From positions 2,528,001-2,592,000 of the forward strand of contig OY968762.1 of the NCBI GenBank assembly GCA_963695225.1: a stretch of 64,000 nucleotides of DNA. Reading direction: 5' to 3'. The DNA comes from Vulcanimicrobiota bacterium. GTDB taxonomy: Bacteria; Vulcanimicrobiota; Vulcanimicrobiia; Vulcanimicrobiales; Vulcanimicrobiaceae. The position numbers and the translations under genes were made by a program. Of this stretch, positions 30,557-41,049 are shown in pieces (position 1 is the stretch's first letter; each line of letters opens with the position of its first letter). The notes beneath the pieces were generated by a model. The model saw nothing but the letters and a program-made list of their open reading frames with translations. It was not told the DNA's origin and did no database searches.

Positions 30557-32374
30557 GTGTTCGCGTCCACGCTCAAGTTGCGCCCGTATCAAGTCGAGGC
30601 GCAAAACGCCATTGTCGCCGCGCGCGAGCGCGGCGTGCGCCGTCAACTTGTCTCGCTCGCAACGGGCCTCGGAAAGACGGTCGTCATCGCGACGTTGCCC
30701 GAGCTGCTGCAGCTTCGCGAGAACGACATCACGCTCGTCATCGCGCATCGGGACGAACTGATCCAACAGATCGCCGAGCGGATGCGCGTGCAGAACCCCG
30801 ACGCGGTCATCGGCATCGAAAAGGCGGAAGAGCACGCGAGCGCGGCCTGCAACATCGTCGTCGCGACCGTTCAAACGCTGACCGGCAAGCGCCTCAACGA
30901 GTTCGTCACGCATTTCGGACGGCGGATCGCGCTGTTCGTCATCGACGAGGCGCATCACGCGGCGGCCCCGACCTATCGCGCGATCGTCGACCGCATCGTC
31001 GCCAAACGCCCCGAAGCGCTCGTTCTCGGCTTCACCGCGACGCCGACGCGCGGCGACGGGATCCGCCTGATCGATCTCTTCGACGAGATGGTCTACGAGA
31101 TGGACGCGCGCGCCGCGATCGACGCAGGGTATCTCGTGCCCGTCCGCGCGTATGCGGTCGCCACCGAAACGAGCCTCGACGCCGTCACCGTTCGTGGCGG
31201 CGATTTCGTGTTGGGCGCGCTCGCGGCGGCCGTGGATAACGAAGAGCGCAACGCGCGCATCGTGGAAGCCTACCGGCAACTCACCCCCGGGCGCAAGGCG
31301 CTCGTCTTCACGGCTTCCGTCGAGCACGCGCGCAACGTCGCGACGATGTTTCAAGCAGCGGGAATGCGCGCGGCATTCGCGAGCGGCGAGACGCCGGATG
31401 CCGAGCGCGAACGTATCGTGCGCGACTTCCGCGGCGAGACGCTCGACGTGCTCGTGAACTGCGGGCTCTACCTCGAAGGCTTCGACGTCCCGGGGATCGA
31501 GGTGATCGTCAACGCGCGGCCCACGAAGAGCGCGACGCTGTACACACAGATCACCGGGCGAGGATTGCGGCCGGCCGACGAGTTCGCGTTCGTGCTCTCG
31601 AACCTGCCCACGGCGGAATCGCGCCGCATCATGATTTCGCAGAGCGAAAAACCATACGCGCTCGTGATCGACATCGTCGACCAGGCGCGGCGCCATCAGA
31701 TCGTGACGCTGCCGTTCCTGTGGGGCATGCCCTCGCAGATCGACGTGCAGGGGCATCCGGTCTCGCAGGTCGCCGAGCGCTACGAGCAGTTGTGCCGGCG
31801 CGAGCCGCGCGCGGCGGCGCGCGTCCGCACGGCCGAGCAGATCGAAACGACGCTGCTCGATCTCGACGAGGCGGAGCGCTCGAAGCCCGGACACGTGGCG
31901 GTCTGGCAGCCCGTGACGAGCGAGCACTGGCGCCTGATCCGCCCGCCGAAGCTCGTCGCTCGAGACCGGAAGGGGCGCCTGGTTCCGCACTTCGCGGAGC
32001 GTTTCGAAGAATACAAGTCGATGGCGAAGAAGATCGCGCCGCACGAAAACGCCGACCGGTTTGCGCTGCGCCTGCTGAACGTCGACCGGCGGGCGGTCCG
32101 CGAAGAAGGGCTGCAGATCGACGTCTCGCGGCGCGGCGACGAGTTCGTCGCGCTCCTCACGAACGGGACGGGCCAGCCGATCGAGATCGCGACGGCGCCG
32201 CGCCTACCGGAGGCGATCGCGGTCGCCGAGGAGCGCATCCAGAAAGGGGAGGTCGGCCCGCCGCGCAACGGCAAGCCGCGCCAGCCCGCGAACGGGACGG
32301 CGCAGCGCCGCCGCTTTCGGCCGCGGCGGAAGCGCCGCGCTCAGAACGGCTCGGCCGTTCAGCCCGGCGGCTGA
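30557..32374 (+). CDS. Superfamily II DEAH helicase (ResIII + helicase C domains)
   Basis: LRPYQ, ATGLGKT, IDEAHH, GFTATP, EGFDVP, QITGRGLR. Confidence 0.9.
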   Translation: MFASTLKLRPYQVEAQNAIVAARERGVRRQLVSLATGLGKTVVIATLPELLQLRENDITLVIAHRDELIQQIAERMRVQNPDAVIGIEKAEEHASAACNIVVATVQTLTGKRLNEFVTHFGRRIALFVIDEAHHAAAPTYRAIVDRIVAKRPEALVLGFTATPTRGDGIRLIDLFDEMVYEMDARAAIDAGYLVPVRAYAVATETSLDAVTVRGGDFVLGALAAAVDNEERNARIVEAYRQLTPGRKALVFTASVEHARNVATMFQAAGMRAAFASGETPDAERERIVRDFRGETLDVLVNCGLYLEGFDVPGIEVIVNARPTKSATLYTQITGRGLRPADEFAFVLSNLPTAESRRIMISQSEKPYALVIDIVDQARRHQIVTLPFLWGMPSQIDVQGHPVSQVAERYEQLCRREPRAAARVRTAEQIETTLLDLDEAERSKPGHVAVWQPVTSEHWRLIRPPKLVARDRKGRLVPHFAERFEEYKSMAKKIAPHENADRFALRLLNVDRRAVREEGLQIDVSRRGDEFVALLTNGTGQPIEIATAPRLPEAIAVAEERIQKGEVGPPRNGKPRQPANGTAQRRRFRPRRKRRAQNGSAVQPGG

Positions 32375-32387
32375 GGCTTTCGCGCGG

Positions 32388-32843
32388 TCAATGCCCGCGC
32401 TTTGAAACGTATTGCTGATGGTAGTCTTCGGCTCGCCAGAAGGTGGGAGCGGGGACGATCTCGGTGACGACCGGCGCGCTGTAGCGGCCGGACCGCTCGA
32501 GTGCCGCCTTCGAGGCTTCGGCGGCCGCTTTCTGCTGCGCCGAATGGTAGAAGATCGCAGAGCGATACTGCGAGCCGACGTCGGGGCCTTGACGGTTCGG
32601 CGTCGTCGGATCGTGCATCGCCCAGAACGCGTCGAGCAACTGCTCGTAGCTCACCCGTGAAGGATCGAACGTCACCTCGACGGCTTCGGCGTGGCCCGTC
32701 CGGTCGCTGCAAACCTGCTGATACGTGGGGTTCGGCGTCGTCCCGCCGGTGTACCCGACCAGCGCGTCGACGACGCCGTCGATCGCGCGGAAGTCCTCCT
32801 CGACCCCCCAGAAGCAGCCTGCGGCAAACGTGGCTCGTTCCAT
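32388..32843 (-). CDS. msrA: Peptide-methionine (S)-S-oxide reductase
   Basis: [34 protein letters not shown]. Confidence 0.97.
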   Translation of the reverse strand: MERATFAAGCFWGVEEDFRAIDGVVDALVGYTGGTTPNPTYQQVCSDRTGHAEAVEVTFDPSRVSYEQLLDAFWAMHDPTTPNRQGPDVGSQYRSAIFYHSAQQKAAAEASKAALERSGRYSAPVVTEIVPAPTFWRAEDYHQQYVSKRGH

Positions 32844-32912
32844 CCTTGCAGTTCCTTTCGTGGTTGCGAATCCGTCGGAGGCGGCTCGGGCGACGCGCCG
32901 AATCGCGGAGGG

Positions 32913-35591
32913 GTGCGAGTCGTAGCCGCCGCCTTTCTCTCCGCCGCGTTCTTGCTTTGCGGCGGAACCTCGCTGGCAGCTAAGACCTCGCCCTCGCCGC
33001 AACCGGTTCCATTGCCGGCGCCCGCTCCGTCCCCGGCGGCGAGCAATTCGCCGGGCGCCGCGGCCTCGGCGAGTCCCCCCCTCGGCGCGCCTGCTCCCTC
33101 AACGCAGCCGTCCCCCGCGCAGTACTCGACGTTCGTCAAAGGCGTCGAACGGCAGAGCGGGTTGCTCGACGTATTGCGTAAGGACGACGACTACTACTTG
33201 GAGTTTTCCGGCGAGCAGCTCGATCGTCCGATCTTGATCTCGGCGGTCGTCGCCGCCGCGGGCGGCGGGAACGAAGCGTTCGCGGGCCGCTTCTTCAGCC
33301 CGCTCGTCGTGCAGTTCCATCGCGTCGGAAAGCGGATCTTCTGGATCAGCCCCAACCGCTATTTCACGTCGACGGGCGAACCTTCGACCGACGCGTCGCT
33401 TGCGATTTCGGTTTCCGATTCCGTCATCGCATCGTTCCCGATCGTCGCGGAAGACGAGGCGAAGAAACGGATCGTCATCTCGGCGAGCTACTTCTTGACC
33501 GACGGGTTCGGCGTCGCGCAGGGGATCGGGCGCCCGCAACCCGGGCTCTTCGGGCTGACGGTCCGGCCGCCGTTCGCGCTGGACGCTACCCGCTCGTATA
33601 TCGAGCGGACGAAAGCGCTGCCGAAGAACGTGGAGATCCTCGCGGATCTCGCCTTCACGGGGCCGGCGGGAAGCGTTCCGGCCGTCCCGGACGGGCGCAA
33701 CGTGCGCGTCAAGATGCACTATTCGATCGTCGACCTCCCGTCGGCCGGAGCGTACGTTCCGCGCCTGGCCGACGACCGCGTCGGCTACTTCATGAGCGCG
33801 GTGAAGCGTTTCGGCGACGACACGCTGCCGACGCCGTTCGTACGCTACGTCAACCGCTGGGATTTGAGCAACGGGCCCATCGTGTTCTATTTGACGAAAG
33901 AGATCCCGCCGGAATACCGCCTCGCGGTACGGGCGGGAATCCAGCAGTGGAACGCGGCGTTCGCGAAGCTCGGAATCGAGAACGCGATCGAAGTGCGCGA
34001 CCCGCCGAACGATCCGGATTGGGATCCCGACGACGTCCGCTATTCGACCGTGCGCTGGCTCTCGAGCGATCAGCCGCTGTTCGGCGGGTACACGCCCACG
34101 ATCGTCAATCCGTTCACCGGGCAGATCCTGCGCGCGGAGATCGTGCTCGAGGGCGAGGCGCTGCGTTCGATCAAGCGCGGCTACGTCGAGAACGTCGTTC
34201 CGACGCGCGGAATCCGAAACCTGGAGGGATGCGAGGAGAGCGATTGCGAGTACCAAGAGCAGTCGGCCGAGCTCGCCGCGCTCGGCACGCTCTCGCTGCG
34301 AGCAGCCGGTGCCTCGACGACGCAGACGCGGGATTACGCCCAGGCGTGGCTGCGCTCGATCGTGCTGCACGAAACCGGGCACGCGCTGGGGTTGCGCCAC
34401 AACTTTGCGGCATCGACGATCTACCCGCTCCCCCGCTTGACGGACCGCAAGTTCACGACCGCGCACGGGCTCGTGGGCTCGGTGATGGACTATACGCCGG
34501 TCAACCTCTCGCCGCGCGGCGAGCCGCAAGCGGATTACTTTCAACTGCAGCTCGGCCCTTACGACTACTGGGCGATCCTCTACGGGTACGTCAGGTTCGG
34601 CAACGTCGTGAAACCCGAAGACGAGGCCGGCCGCTTGCGCGCGATCGCGGCGGAGAGCACGCGCCCGGAGTACGCGTACAGTACGGATGAAGATGCCTAC
34701 GGGCCGTACGCGCTCGATCCGAACGTCGCCCTGTTCGATCTCTCGTCGGACCCGCTCGCGTGGGACGAACGTCAGTACCGGGTCGCCGGCAGCATCGTCC
34801 GGGATCTCGACCGGGTCTATCCGCGCGACGACCGGCCGTTCTACGAGGAGCGGCGCGCGTTCCTCACCTCGATGGGGAGTTTCGAGCGGACGAGTTCGTT
34901 GATCGTCAAGTACTTGGGCGGGAGCTACACCTCGCGCTCTCACCGCGGGCAGCGCGGCGGCGCGGATCCCGTCCGCCCCATTCCGCGCGCCACTCAGAAG
35001 CGCGCGTTCGATCTCTTGGCCGCTCGCGTGTTCTCGAACGACGCGTTCAGCTTCTCCCCGCAACTGATCCGCCGGCTGGGCGCCGACCGCTACTCCCATT
35101 GGAACTCGAGCGGCGGGATGGGCCGCCAGGATTTCCCGCTCGGCGAGTTCGTCGCGCAGATGCAAGACGGCGTCCTGGAAGAGATCTTCGGCCCGCTGAC
35201 GCTCGCGCGCATCGCCGATCAGGAGACGCTCGGGCGCGGCGGCGCCGATACGATGAAGCTCGGCGATCTCTTCGATTGGACGAACGGCGCGATCTACGCC
35301 GAGATCGAGAACCCGGGGCTGCGCTCGATCGCCCCGCTCCGGCGAGGGCTCCAGCGCCGCTATGCGGACCTCCTGATCGCGTACGTCCTCGCTCCGAGTT
35401 CGGTGCTCGACCGGATCGGTTACCCGAGCGACACGGCCGCGCTCGCGCGCTACGCGTTGCAGCGCTTGGAGCCGCAGGTTGCCGAGCGCCTAGGCTCGCC
35501 GCGCCTCGACGGCGCGACTCGCGCCCACCTCGAGGACTTGCGCCACCGCGTCGAAAGCGCGCTGACGGCCCGCTCGATCCAGTCGTCCTGA
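32913..35591 (+). CDS. Secreted zinc metalloprotease (metzincin, DUF5117/DUF4953-type)
   Basis: [17 protein letters not shown] Met-turn, [11 protein letters not shown]; signal peptide; start uncertain. Confidence 0.9.
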   Translation: MRVVAAAFLSAAFLLCGGTSLAAKTSPSPQPVPLPAPAPSPAASNSPGAAASASPPLGAPAPSTQPSPAQYSTFVKGVERQSGLLDVLRKDDDYYLEFSGEQLDRPILISAVVAAAGGGNEAFAGRFFSPLVVQFHRVGKRIFWISPNRYFTSTGEPSTDASLAISVSDSVIASFPIVAEDEAKKRIVISASYFLTDGFGVAQGIGRPQPGLFGLTVRPPFALDATRSYIERTKALPKNVEILADLAFTGPAGSVPAVPDGRNVRVKMHYSIVDLPSAGAYVPRLADDRVGYFMSAVKRFGDDTLPTPFVRYVNRWDLSNGPIVFYLTKEIPPEYRLAVRAGIQQWNAAFAKLGIENAIEVRDPPNDPDWDPDDVRYSTVRWLSSDQPLFGGYTPTIVNPFTGQILRAEIVLEGEALRSIKRGYVENVVPTRGIRNLEGCEESDCEYQEQSAELAALGTLSLRAAGASTTQTRDYAQAWLRSIVLHETGHALGLRHNFAASTIYPLPRLTDRKFTTAHGLVGSVMDYTPVNLSPRGEPQADYFQLQLGPYDYWAILYGYVRFGNVVKPEDEAGRLRAIAAESTRPEYAYSTDEDAYGPYALDPNVALFDLSSDPLAWDERQYRVAGSIVRDLDRVYPRDDRPFYEERRAFLTSMGSFERTSSLIVKYLGGSYTSRSHRGQRGGADPVRPIPRATQKRAFDLLAARVFSNDAFSFSPQLIRRLGADRYSHWNSSGGMGRQDFPLGEFVAQMQDGVLEEIFGPLTLARIADQETLGRGGADTMKLGDLFDWTNGAIYAEIENPGLRSIAPLRRGLQRRYADLLIAYVLAPSSVLDRIGYPSDTAALARYALQRLEPQVAERLGSPRLDGATRAHLEDLRHRVESALTARSIQSS

Positions 35592-35607
35592 ACGGCGGCC
35601 CTAGCCC

Positions 35608-35850
35608 GCGTCCGGGCCGGGGCGGGGCTTCTCCGCGGGGACGCCCGCGATTTCGCATCCATGCGAAATCGCTACTCGTGCACGTATTCCCACGCTGCTG
35701 CGCAGCGCGGGGACCCATTGGTTTGAACAGGCGCTCCGCCTACGGCTCCGCGCCCCCCACACGCAAAGCGCGTGGGGACCCCCGCCCGCCATCGTGGCTC
35801 CGCGGGCAAGCTGCACGCCCCGCGGAGAAACCCCGCCCCGACCCGGACGC
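35608..35850 (+). repeat. Intergenic structured repeat, long form (copy B)
   Basis: Near-identical to 27398..27641 with 33-bp terminal inverted repeats. Confidence 0.92.
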
Positions 35851-35986
35851 TACCTGCATCCCACAGTCATACTGCCTTTGCGGCCTTTGTCGGTAAGCGG
35901 GCTGACGGACGTCGCGCCGAAGGGGGGCTAGTATTGGCGGCATGCTCGACGTGAAGTGGGTCGCCGCGCCGGATGAGGGCGGCAGG

Positions 35987-36664
35987 ATGGAAAACAAGGT
36001 TTGGTACCTGCAACGGAGCCGCTTGTTTGCCGAAGTCCCCGAAGCCTCGGTCGTCAGCTCCGAGCATCTCTTCGTCACCTGCCTGTTCCCGAAGCGCTCG
36101 CTCGTGTTCGATCAGGGCGATTCCGGCCGAGTCGTCTATCTGATCAAGCGCGGTAAGGTTCGCCTCTCGCGGCTGACGCCCGACGGCAAGGAAGTGACGA
36201 TCGCGATCCTGGGCGAGGGCGACTTTTTCGGCGAGGAGACGCTCTTCGAAACGGGGGCGCGCACGACGGTCGCGCAGTGCTTGGAGGAATCGCTCCTCTG
36301 CTGGGCGCGCGCGGACGACCTTTTCGCGCTGCTCTCCGCCGACCCGACGCTCGCGCTCAACGTGGCGAAGATGCTTTCGACGCGCCTCGGCGATGCTTCC
36401 GCGACGATGGAAGATCTCGCGTACGCGAAGGTCACCGACCGGCTCATGCATCTGTTCGCGCGCCTCGCCGTCGAGCACGGCGTGCCCGATGCGGGCGACG
36501 CCGTCAAGCTCGACGTGCGCCTGACGCATGCGGAGATCGCATCGCTGATCGGGAGCACGCGCGAGACGGTCTCGCTCGAGCTTTCGAACTTGGCGCGCGC
36601 CGGGCGCATCGTGCTGCGCGACGGCGCGATCGTGGTTCCGCGGGCGGAGCTCGAGGCGCTGTGA
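35987..36664 (+). CDS. Crp/Fnr-family transcriptional regulator
   Basis: cNMP-binding fold (G.V.L....DGKE, GDFFGE) and HTH LTHAEIASLIGSTRETVS. Confidence 0.93.
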   Translation: MENKVWYLQRSRLFAEVPEASVVSSEHLFVTCLFPKRSLVFDQGDSGRVVYLIKRGKVRLSRLTPDGKEVTIAILGEGDFFGEETLFETGARTTVAQCLEESLLCWARADDLFALLSADPTLALNVAKMLSTRLGDASATMEDLAYAKVTDRLMHLFARLAVEHGVPDAGDAVKLDVRLTHAEIASLIGSTRETVSLELSNLARAGRIVLRDGAIVVPRAELEAL

Positions 36665-37179
36665 CGCGCCGCGCGCTGCTCGCCGCCGCAGCCGTGCCGG
36701 CCGTCGCGCCGTTCTTGTTCGCGCTCGGCGCGCGAGCCGGAACCGGCTCCGAGACGCTCGCGCCGCTGCTCGATGCACCCCACTGGCTCGGCTCGCGGCC
36801 CGGCGCGGCGTCGCTGCGCGGGAAGGTCGTGCTCGTCGACGTGTTCACGTTCGGCTGCATCAACTGCAAGCACGTGATCCCCTCGCTGCGGGCGTTGCAA
36901 GCGCGCGCCGAACCGGATCTCGTCGTGCTCGGCGTGCACACGCCGGAGACCGGTTACGAGCGCGACGCGGCGCACGTGAAGGCGGCGTTCGCCGCGCAAG
37001 GCGTCGTCTGGCCCGTCGCGATCGACAACGACGAGACGCTCTGGAATGCCTATGCGATCACCGCGTGGCCGACGCAACTCATCTTCGACCGCAAGGGCAG
37101 GCTGCGCTCTACGGTGATCGGCGAAGGCAACGCCGCCGCCGTCGCCGCGACGATCGCCGAGCTTCTCGCCGAACGCTGA
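36661..37179 (+). CDS. Exported TlpA/DipZ-like redoxin
   Basis: RRALL Tat-like leader, LRGKVVLVD.FTFGCINC, GVHTPE, AWPT. Confidence 0.88.
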   Translation: MTRRALLAAAAVPAVAPFLFALGARAGTGSETLAPLLDAPHWLGSRPGAASLRGKVVLVDVFTFGCINCKHVIPSLRALQARAEPDLVVLGVHTPETGYERDAAHVKAAFAAQGVVWPVAIDNDETLWNAYAITAWPTQLIFDRKGRLRSTVIGEGNAAAVAATIAELLAER

Positions 37180-37272
37180 AACGGGGTGCGGCCGCCAAGG
37201 GCCGCCTTCGCGCTCGAACGAACCGATGAGGCACACGACGGCTTTGCGCGCCGCGGTTCGAAAGGATGGGCA

Positions 37273-38463
37273 ATGCGTTCGTTACGCCGCATCGGATTCG
37301 CGCGGATCTTCCTCTTTGCCGCGCTCGCCTGCGTAACGCCGCTCCGCGCATTCGCCGCGAGCGACGCGTTCTACGCGCCGCCGAAGGACGTCACGCGCTT
37401 CGCACCGGGCGAGATCATTCGCTCGGAGCCGGTCTCGCCGGCCCCGCCCCACGCGCGCGCGTGGAAGCTCCTCTACGCATCTACGGGACTGCAAGGGGAA
37501 CGCATCGCGGTCTCGGGCATCGTCATCGTCCCGCTCGGGAGTCCCCCGAGCGGCGGCCGTCCGATCGTCGCCTGGGCGCATCCGACCACGGGGATCGCGC
37601 AGGGCTGCGCGCCGTCGCTGCGCGGAACGAAGATGTACGCGACGATCCCGGGCCTGGACGATCTGATCTCGCGCGGGTACGTCGTCGCGGCGACGGACTA
37701 CGCCGGCCTCGGGACGCCGGGGCCGCATCCGTATCTGATCGGTTCGAGCGAAGGGTACGCCGTGCTCGATGCCGTGCGCGCCGCGCGGAAGTGGACGAGC
37801 GAGGCGGGAGCGCAATTCGTCGCTTGGGGGCACTCGCAGGGCGGGCAAGCCGCATTGTTCGCGGGTCAGCTCGCGCCGAAATACGCGCCCGAACTCACGC
37901 TCGCGGGGGTCGCGGCGATCTCGCCGCCGACCGACCTCCCCGATCTGCTCCGTCATTTCGCGGGGGAGAGCATCGGGCGCGCGGTCGCGTCGTACGCGCT
38001 GGACGCGTGGTCGCAAGTCTACGAGCTATCGCTCGACGGCGTCGTGAAGGCTTCGGCGATCGGATCGGTTCGCGCCGTAGGCCGGCTCTGCGCGGAGACG
38101 ACGTTGCAAAGCTACGTCATCGCGCTCAACGCATTGCCGCTGCGCGGCGAGTTCCTCGAACCCTCCCTCTATACTGCCTCGCCGTGGGACGGGCTGCTCG
38201 CCGCGAATCGGCCTGCGCTCGCCCCGGACGGCGCGCCGCTCTTCATCGCGCAGGGGACGGCCGACCGCCTCGTCCTCCCCAGCGTGACGCTCGCTTTCGC
38301 CCGCGCGGAGTGCAAGAACGGGGCGAAGGTTCACTACGAGCCGCTTGCCGGCGTGGCGCACGATCAAGCGGGCGTGCAGAGCGCATCCGATGCGATCGCC
38401 TGGATGGCGGCCCGCTTTGCGGGGAAGCCTGCCGAGGATAGCTGTCCGCTCGACGCGCCGTGA
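37273..38463 (+). CDS. Secretory lipase-family alpha/beta hydrolase
   Basis: AWAHPTTG, CAPS, TDY.GLG..G.HPYL, GHSQGG, QG.AD. Confidence 0.88.
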   Translation: MRSLRRIGFARIFLFAALACVTPLRAFAASDAFYAPPKDVTRFAPGEIIRSEPVSPAPPHARAWKLLYASTGLQGERIAVSGIVIVPLGSPPSGGRPIVAWAHPTTGIAQGCAPSLRGTKMYATIPGLDDLISRGYVVAATDYAGLGTPGPHPYLIGSSEGYAVLDAVRAARKWTSEAGAQFVAWGHSQGGQAALFAGQLAPKYAPELTLAGVAAISPPTDLPDLLRHFAGESIGRAVASYALDAWSQVYELSLDGVVKASAIGSVRAVGRLCAETTLQSYVIALNALPLRGEFLEPSLYTASPWDGLLAANRPALAPDGAPLFIAQGTADRLVLPSVTLAFARAECKNGAKVHYEPLAGVAHDQAGVQSASDAIAWMAARFAGKPAEDSCPLDAP

Positions 38464-38536
38464 TCTTGGGCGGAGCCGTCCCCGCCGGGATGAATCCGGT
38501 GCGGCGGCGGTCAAAAGGGGTGGTCCCCGCACGCCG

Positions 38537-39748
38537 TTGAGAAGGAAGCCGCCGATTTTCGCCCGCGCGCTCACAACCGAAGCCGGCGTCACGCCTGCCG
38601 AACGTCTCGCTCCGTATCTGTCGGCCGGGTTGCTCGATGCCGCAGTAGATGCAGCGAGCGTCCCGATCCTCGTCCTCGATGCGCCGCCTCCGCACGCGGC
38701 CGAACTCGTCGGCCCGCTCCTCGGCGCGGGGGCGTTCGTCCATCTCGATGCGGAACGCCTGATCGCGATCGGTCCGCGCAGCGCCTTCGAGCGCGCCGCG
38801 CCGGGGCTCGACGATCCGGCACGCGCGGTCCTCGCCGAACTCGTGCGCGCCTTCGATGCAACGGCGCTGCGCTGCACGAGCCTGCGCGCTCGCGCGTACG
38901 AACTCGATTTCAGGTTCGGCGCGAAGGTGATGGGGATCCTCAACGTCACGCCCGATTCGTTCTTCGATCGCGGCCGTTACAGCGAGGTCGACAGCGCGCG
39001 CGCGCGCGCCGCGGAGATGGTCGAGGCCGGCGCCGCGACGATCGATATCGGCGGGCAATCGTACGCGCATTGGAATCCGCGCGTCGCGGCGGAAGAAGAG
39101 CGCGCGCGCGTCGTCCCGGTCGTCGAAGCGCTCCTGCGCGACGGGCTCGGCGTCCCGCTCTCGATCGATACGTTCAAATCAGAGGTCGCCGAAGCCGCGC
39201 TCGCCGCCGGCGCGGACATCATCAACGATTGCAGCGGCCTCTCCGATCCGAAGCTCGCCGACGTCGTCGCGCGCCACGGCGCGGCGCTCGTCGTGATGCA
39301 TCTCAAGGGCGAGCTCAACGTGCGCGCGGCGGAGTATCCCTACGAGGATCCGATGCGCGAGATCGTCACGTACTTGCGCGAGCGCATCGAGCGCGCGCTC
39401 GAGGCGGGGATCGCGCGCGAAAGCCTCGTCGTCGATCCGGGGCTCGAGTTCGGCAAAGAGCCCGCGGTCGATTGCGAGATCCTCGACCGGTTCGCCGATT
39501 TGCGCAGCCTCGGGCTCCCGATCCTGTTCGCCGCGAGCCGCAAGAGCTTCATCGGCCGCATCTTCCACAAGCCCGCGCGCGAGCTGCTCGTCCCCTCGCT
39601 TGCAACCGCGGCGCTCGGCGTGATCGCGGGCGCGAATCTCGTTCGCGTCCACGACGTCGCCGAGACGGTCGCGCTCTGCCGCATGATCGGCGCGGTGCGC
39701 CCAACCGCGCGCGAAGCGCTCGATCTGCTATCCGCGATGCCGAAGTAG
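38537..39748 (+). CDS. folP: Dihydropteroate synthase with N-terminal extension
   Basis: MGILNVTPDSF.D, IDIGG, SIDT, DPG..FGK, SRKSFIG, RVHDV; start uncertain. Confidence 0.92.
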   Translation: MRRKPPIFARALTTEAGVTPAERLAPYLSAGLLDAAVDAASVPILVLDAPPPHAAELVGPLLGAGAFVHLDAERLIAIGPRSAFERAAPGLDDPARAVLAELVRAFDATALRCTSLRARAYELDFRFGAKVMGILNVTPDSFFDRGRYSEVDSARARAAEMVEAGAATIDIGGQSYAHWNPRVAAEEERARVVPVVEALLRDGLGVPLSIDTFKSEVAEAALAAGADIINDCSGLSDPKLADVVARHGAALVVMHLKGELNVRAAEYPYEDPMREIVTYLRERIERALEAGIARESLVVDPGLEFGKEPAVDCEILDRFADLRSLGLPILFAASRKSFIGRIFHKPARELLVPSLATAALGVIAGANLVRVHDVAETVALCRMIGAVRPTAREALDLLSAMPK

Positions 39749-39810
39749 GGGCTACCCGGGGTGCGGCCGGTGCGCGGCGTGGACGCCGGGAAGCCGCAAG
39801 ACGGCTTCGG

Positions 39811-40206
39811 CTATCGGGCCTTGGATCCGTTCAGGGCTGCAGCGGCGCGGATGAGCGTCTTGAAGGCATCCTCATCGATCTCGTCACCCTCGTGGAGATC
39901 GATCGCGCGCCGCACGTTGCCGTCGAGGCTTGCGTTGAAGAGTCCCGACGGGTCCTCGAGCGAAGCGCCTTTTGCGAACGTCAGCTTCACGACGCTCTTG
40001 TAGCTCTCGCCGGTGCAGATGATGCCGGCATGAGACCAAACCGGAACGCCTCTCCACTTCCACTCTTCGACCACCTCCGGGTCAGCCTGTTTGATGAGGG
40101 CGCGGACATGGGAAAGCGTCGTGCCCCGCCAGTCGCCCAGCTCCTCAATCCGCGCGTCGATCAGACGAGAAGGGGATTCGCCTTTCCCCGTTGCGCTCTG
40201 TTTCAT
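39811..40206 (-). CDS. DUF1801-family protein
   Basis: DWRG.TL...R.LI..ADP...EEWKW, KLTFAKGA.L.DP. Confidence 0.85.
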   Translation of the reverse strand: MKQSATGKGESPSRLIDARIEELGDWRGTTLSHVRALIKQADPEVVEEWKWRGVPVWSHAGIICTGESYKSVVKLTFAKGASLEDPSGLFNASLDGNVRRAIDLHEGDEIDEDAFKTLIRAAAALNGSKAR

Positions 40207-40313
40207 CGTGCTTGTACCTCACTCGGCTATTGAGATCCGCGTTCAGATGTGCGGATCTCCGGCACAAAGCGCCGGAGATCCGCCGGAGGATATCGGCTAG
40301 GCGCGACTCCGGC

Positions 40314-40616
40314 CTAGGACGCCGCCTTGCGCGGCTTCACAACGCGGTCGATGGTCTTCCCGCTGGCCTCGCGCGCGAGTTCGAGATCGTAACGCGTCTG
40401 GAGGTTCATCCAAAACTGCGGCGTCGTGTCGAAATAGCGCCCCAGCCGCAGCGCCGTATCTGCCGAGATTGCCCGCCGTCCATTCACGATCTCGAGGATG
40501 CGCGACGCCGGAATCCCAAGCTCCGCGGCCAGGCGGTTGGCGGAAAGCCCGATGGGCGCCATAGCCTCTTCGCGCAGGACTTCTCCGGGATGGACGGGCG
40601 GTAAGCTCTTGGGCAT
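40314..40616 (-). CDS. higA: HigA-family antitoxin
   Basis: PVHPGEVL.EE, I..G.R.ISADTALRL, FWMNLQ..YDL. Confidence 0.93.
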   Translation of the reverse strand: MPKSLPPVHPGEVLREEAMAPIGLSANRLAAELGIPASRILEIVNGRRAISADTALRLGRYFDTTPQFWMNLQTRYDLELAREASGKTIDRVVKPRKAAS

Positions 40617-40628
40617 GGTGATGGCTCC

Positions 40629-40904
40629 TTAGTGATAGTCTTCGATAGTGACGCGCTCGGCGTGGTTTTCGACCCATTCGAAGACGATGCGCCACTGGTC
40701 GTTGATGCGGATGGAGTAGGTCCCGGCGCGATCGCCTTTGAGTAACTCGAGCCGTAAGCCGGGGAGCCGCAGGTCGGACAGCGCCGTAGCGGCATCGAGT
40801 GCGACGAGCTTCCGTTGCGCCATACGTTCGAAAGATGCAAATCGGCGGACGCGCTCACCCTGCGCCAGCCGCTCCGTATCCTTGTCGCCGTAGCTGTGGA
40901 TCAC
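40629..40904 (-). CDS. higB: HigB (RelE/ParE) toxin
   Basis: RKL..LDAA..L.DL, RLE.LKGDR.G.YSIRINDQWRI.F; upstream of the antitoxin. Confidence 0.93.
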   Translation of the reverse strand: MIHSYGDKDTERLAQGERVRRFASFERMAQRKLVALDAATALSDLRLPGLRLELLKGDRAGTYSIRINDQWRIVFEWVENHAERVTIEDYH

Positions 40905-41049
40905 GCGTGCATGGTAACACGCGGCGCGTATATACGGCAAACAGTCAAGAGAAGGTCCGGCCCCGAGCACCGGCAGCGGGCCGGACGGCCTGCGGACCGG
41001 TCCCCACCGGCGGAAACTCGAATCCGCTTGGGCGGGTCTAAGCCGCCGT

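Noticed and set aside
30557..32374. Helicase as part of a restriction or anti-phage system
   Set aside because: No methyltransferase, nuclease or defence partner is adjacent
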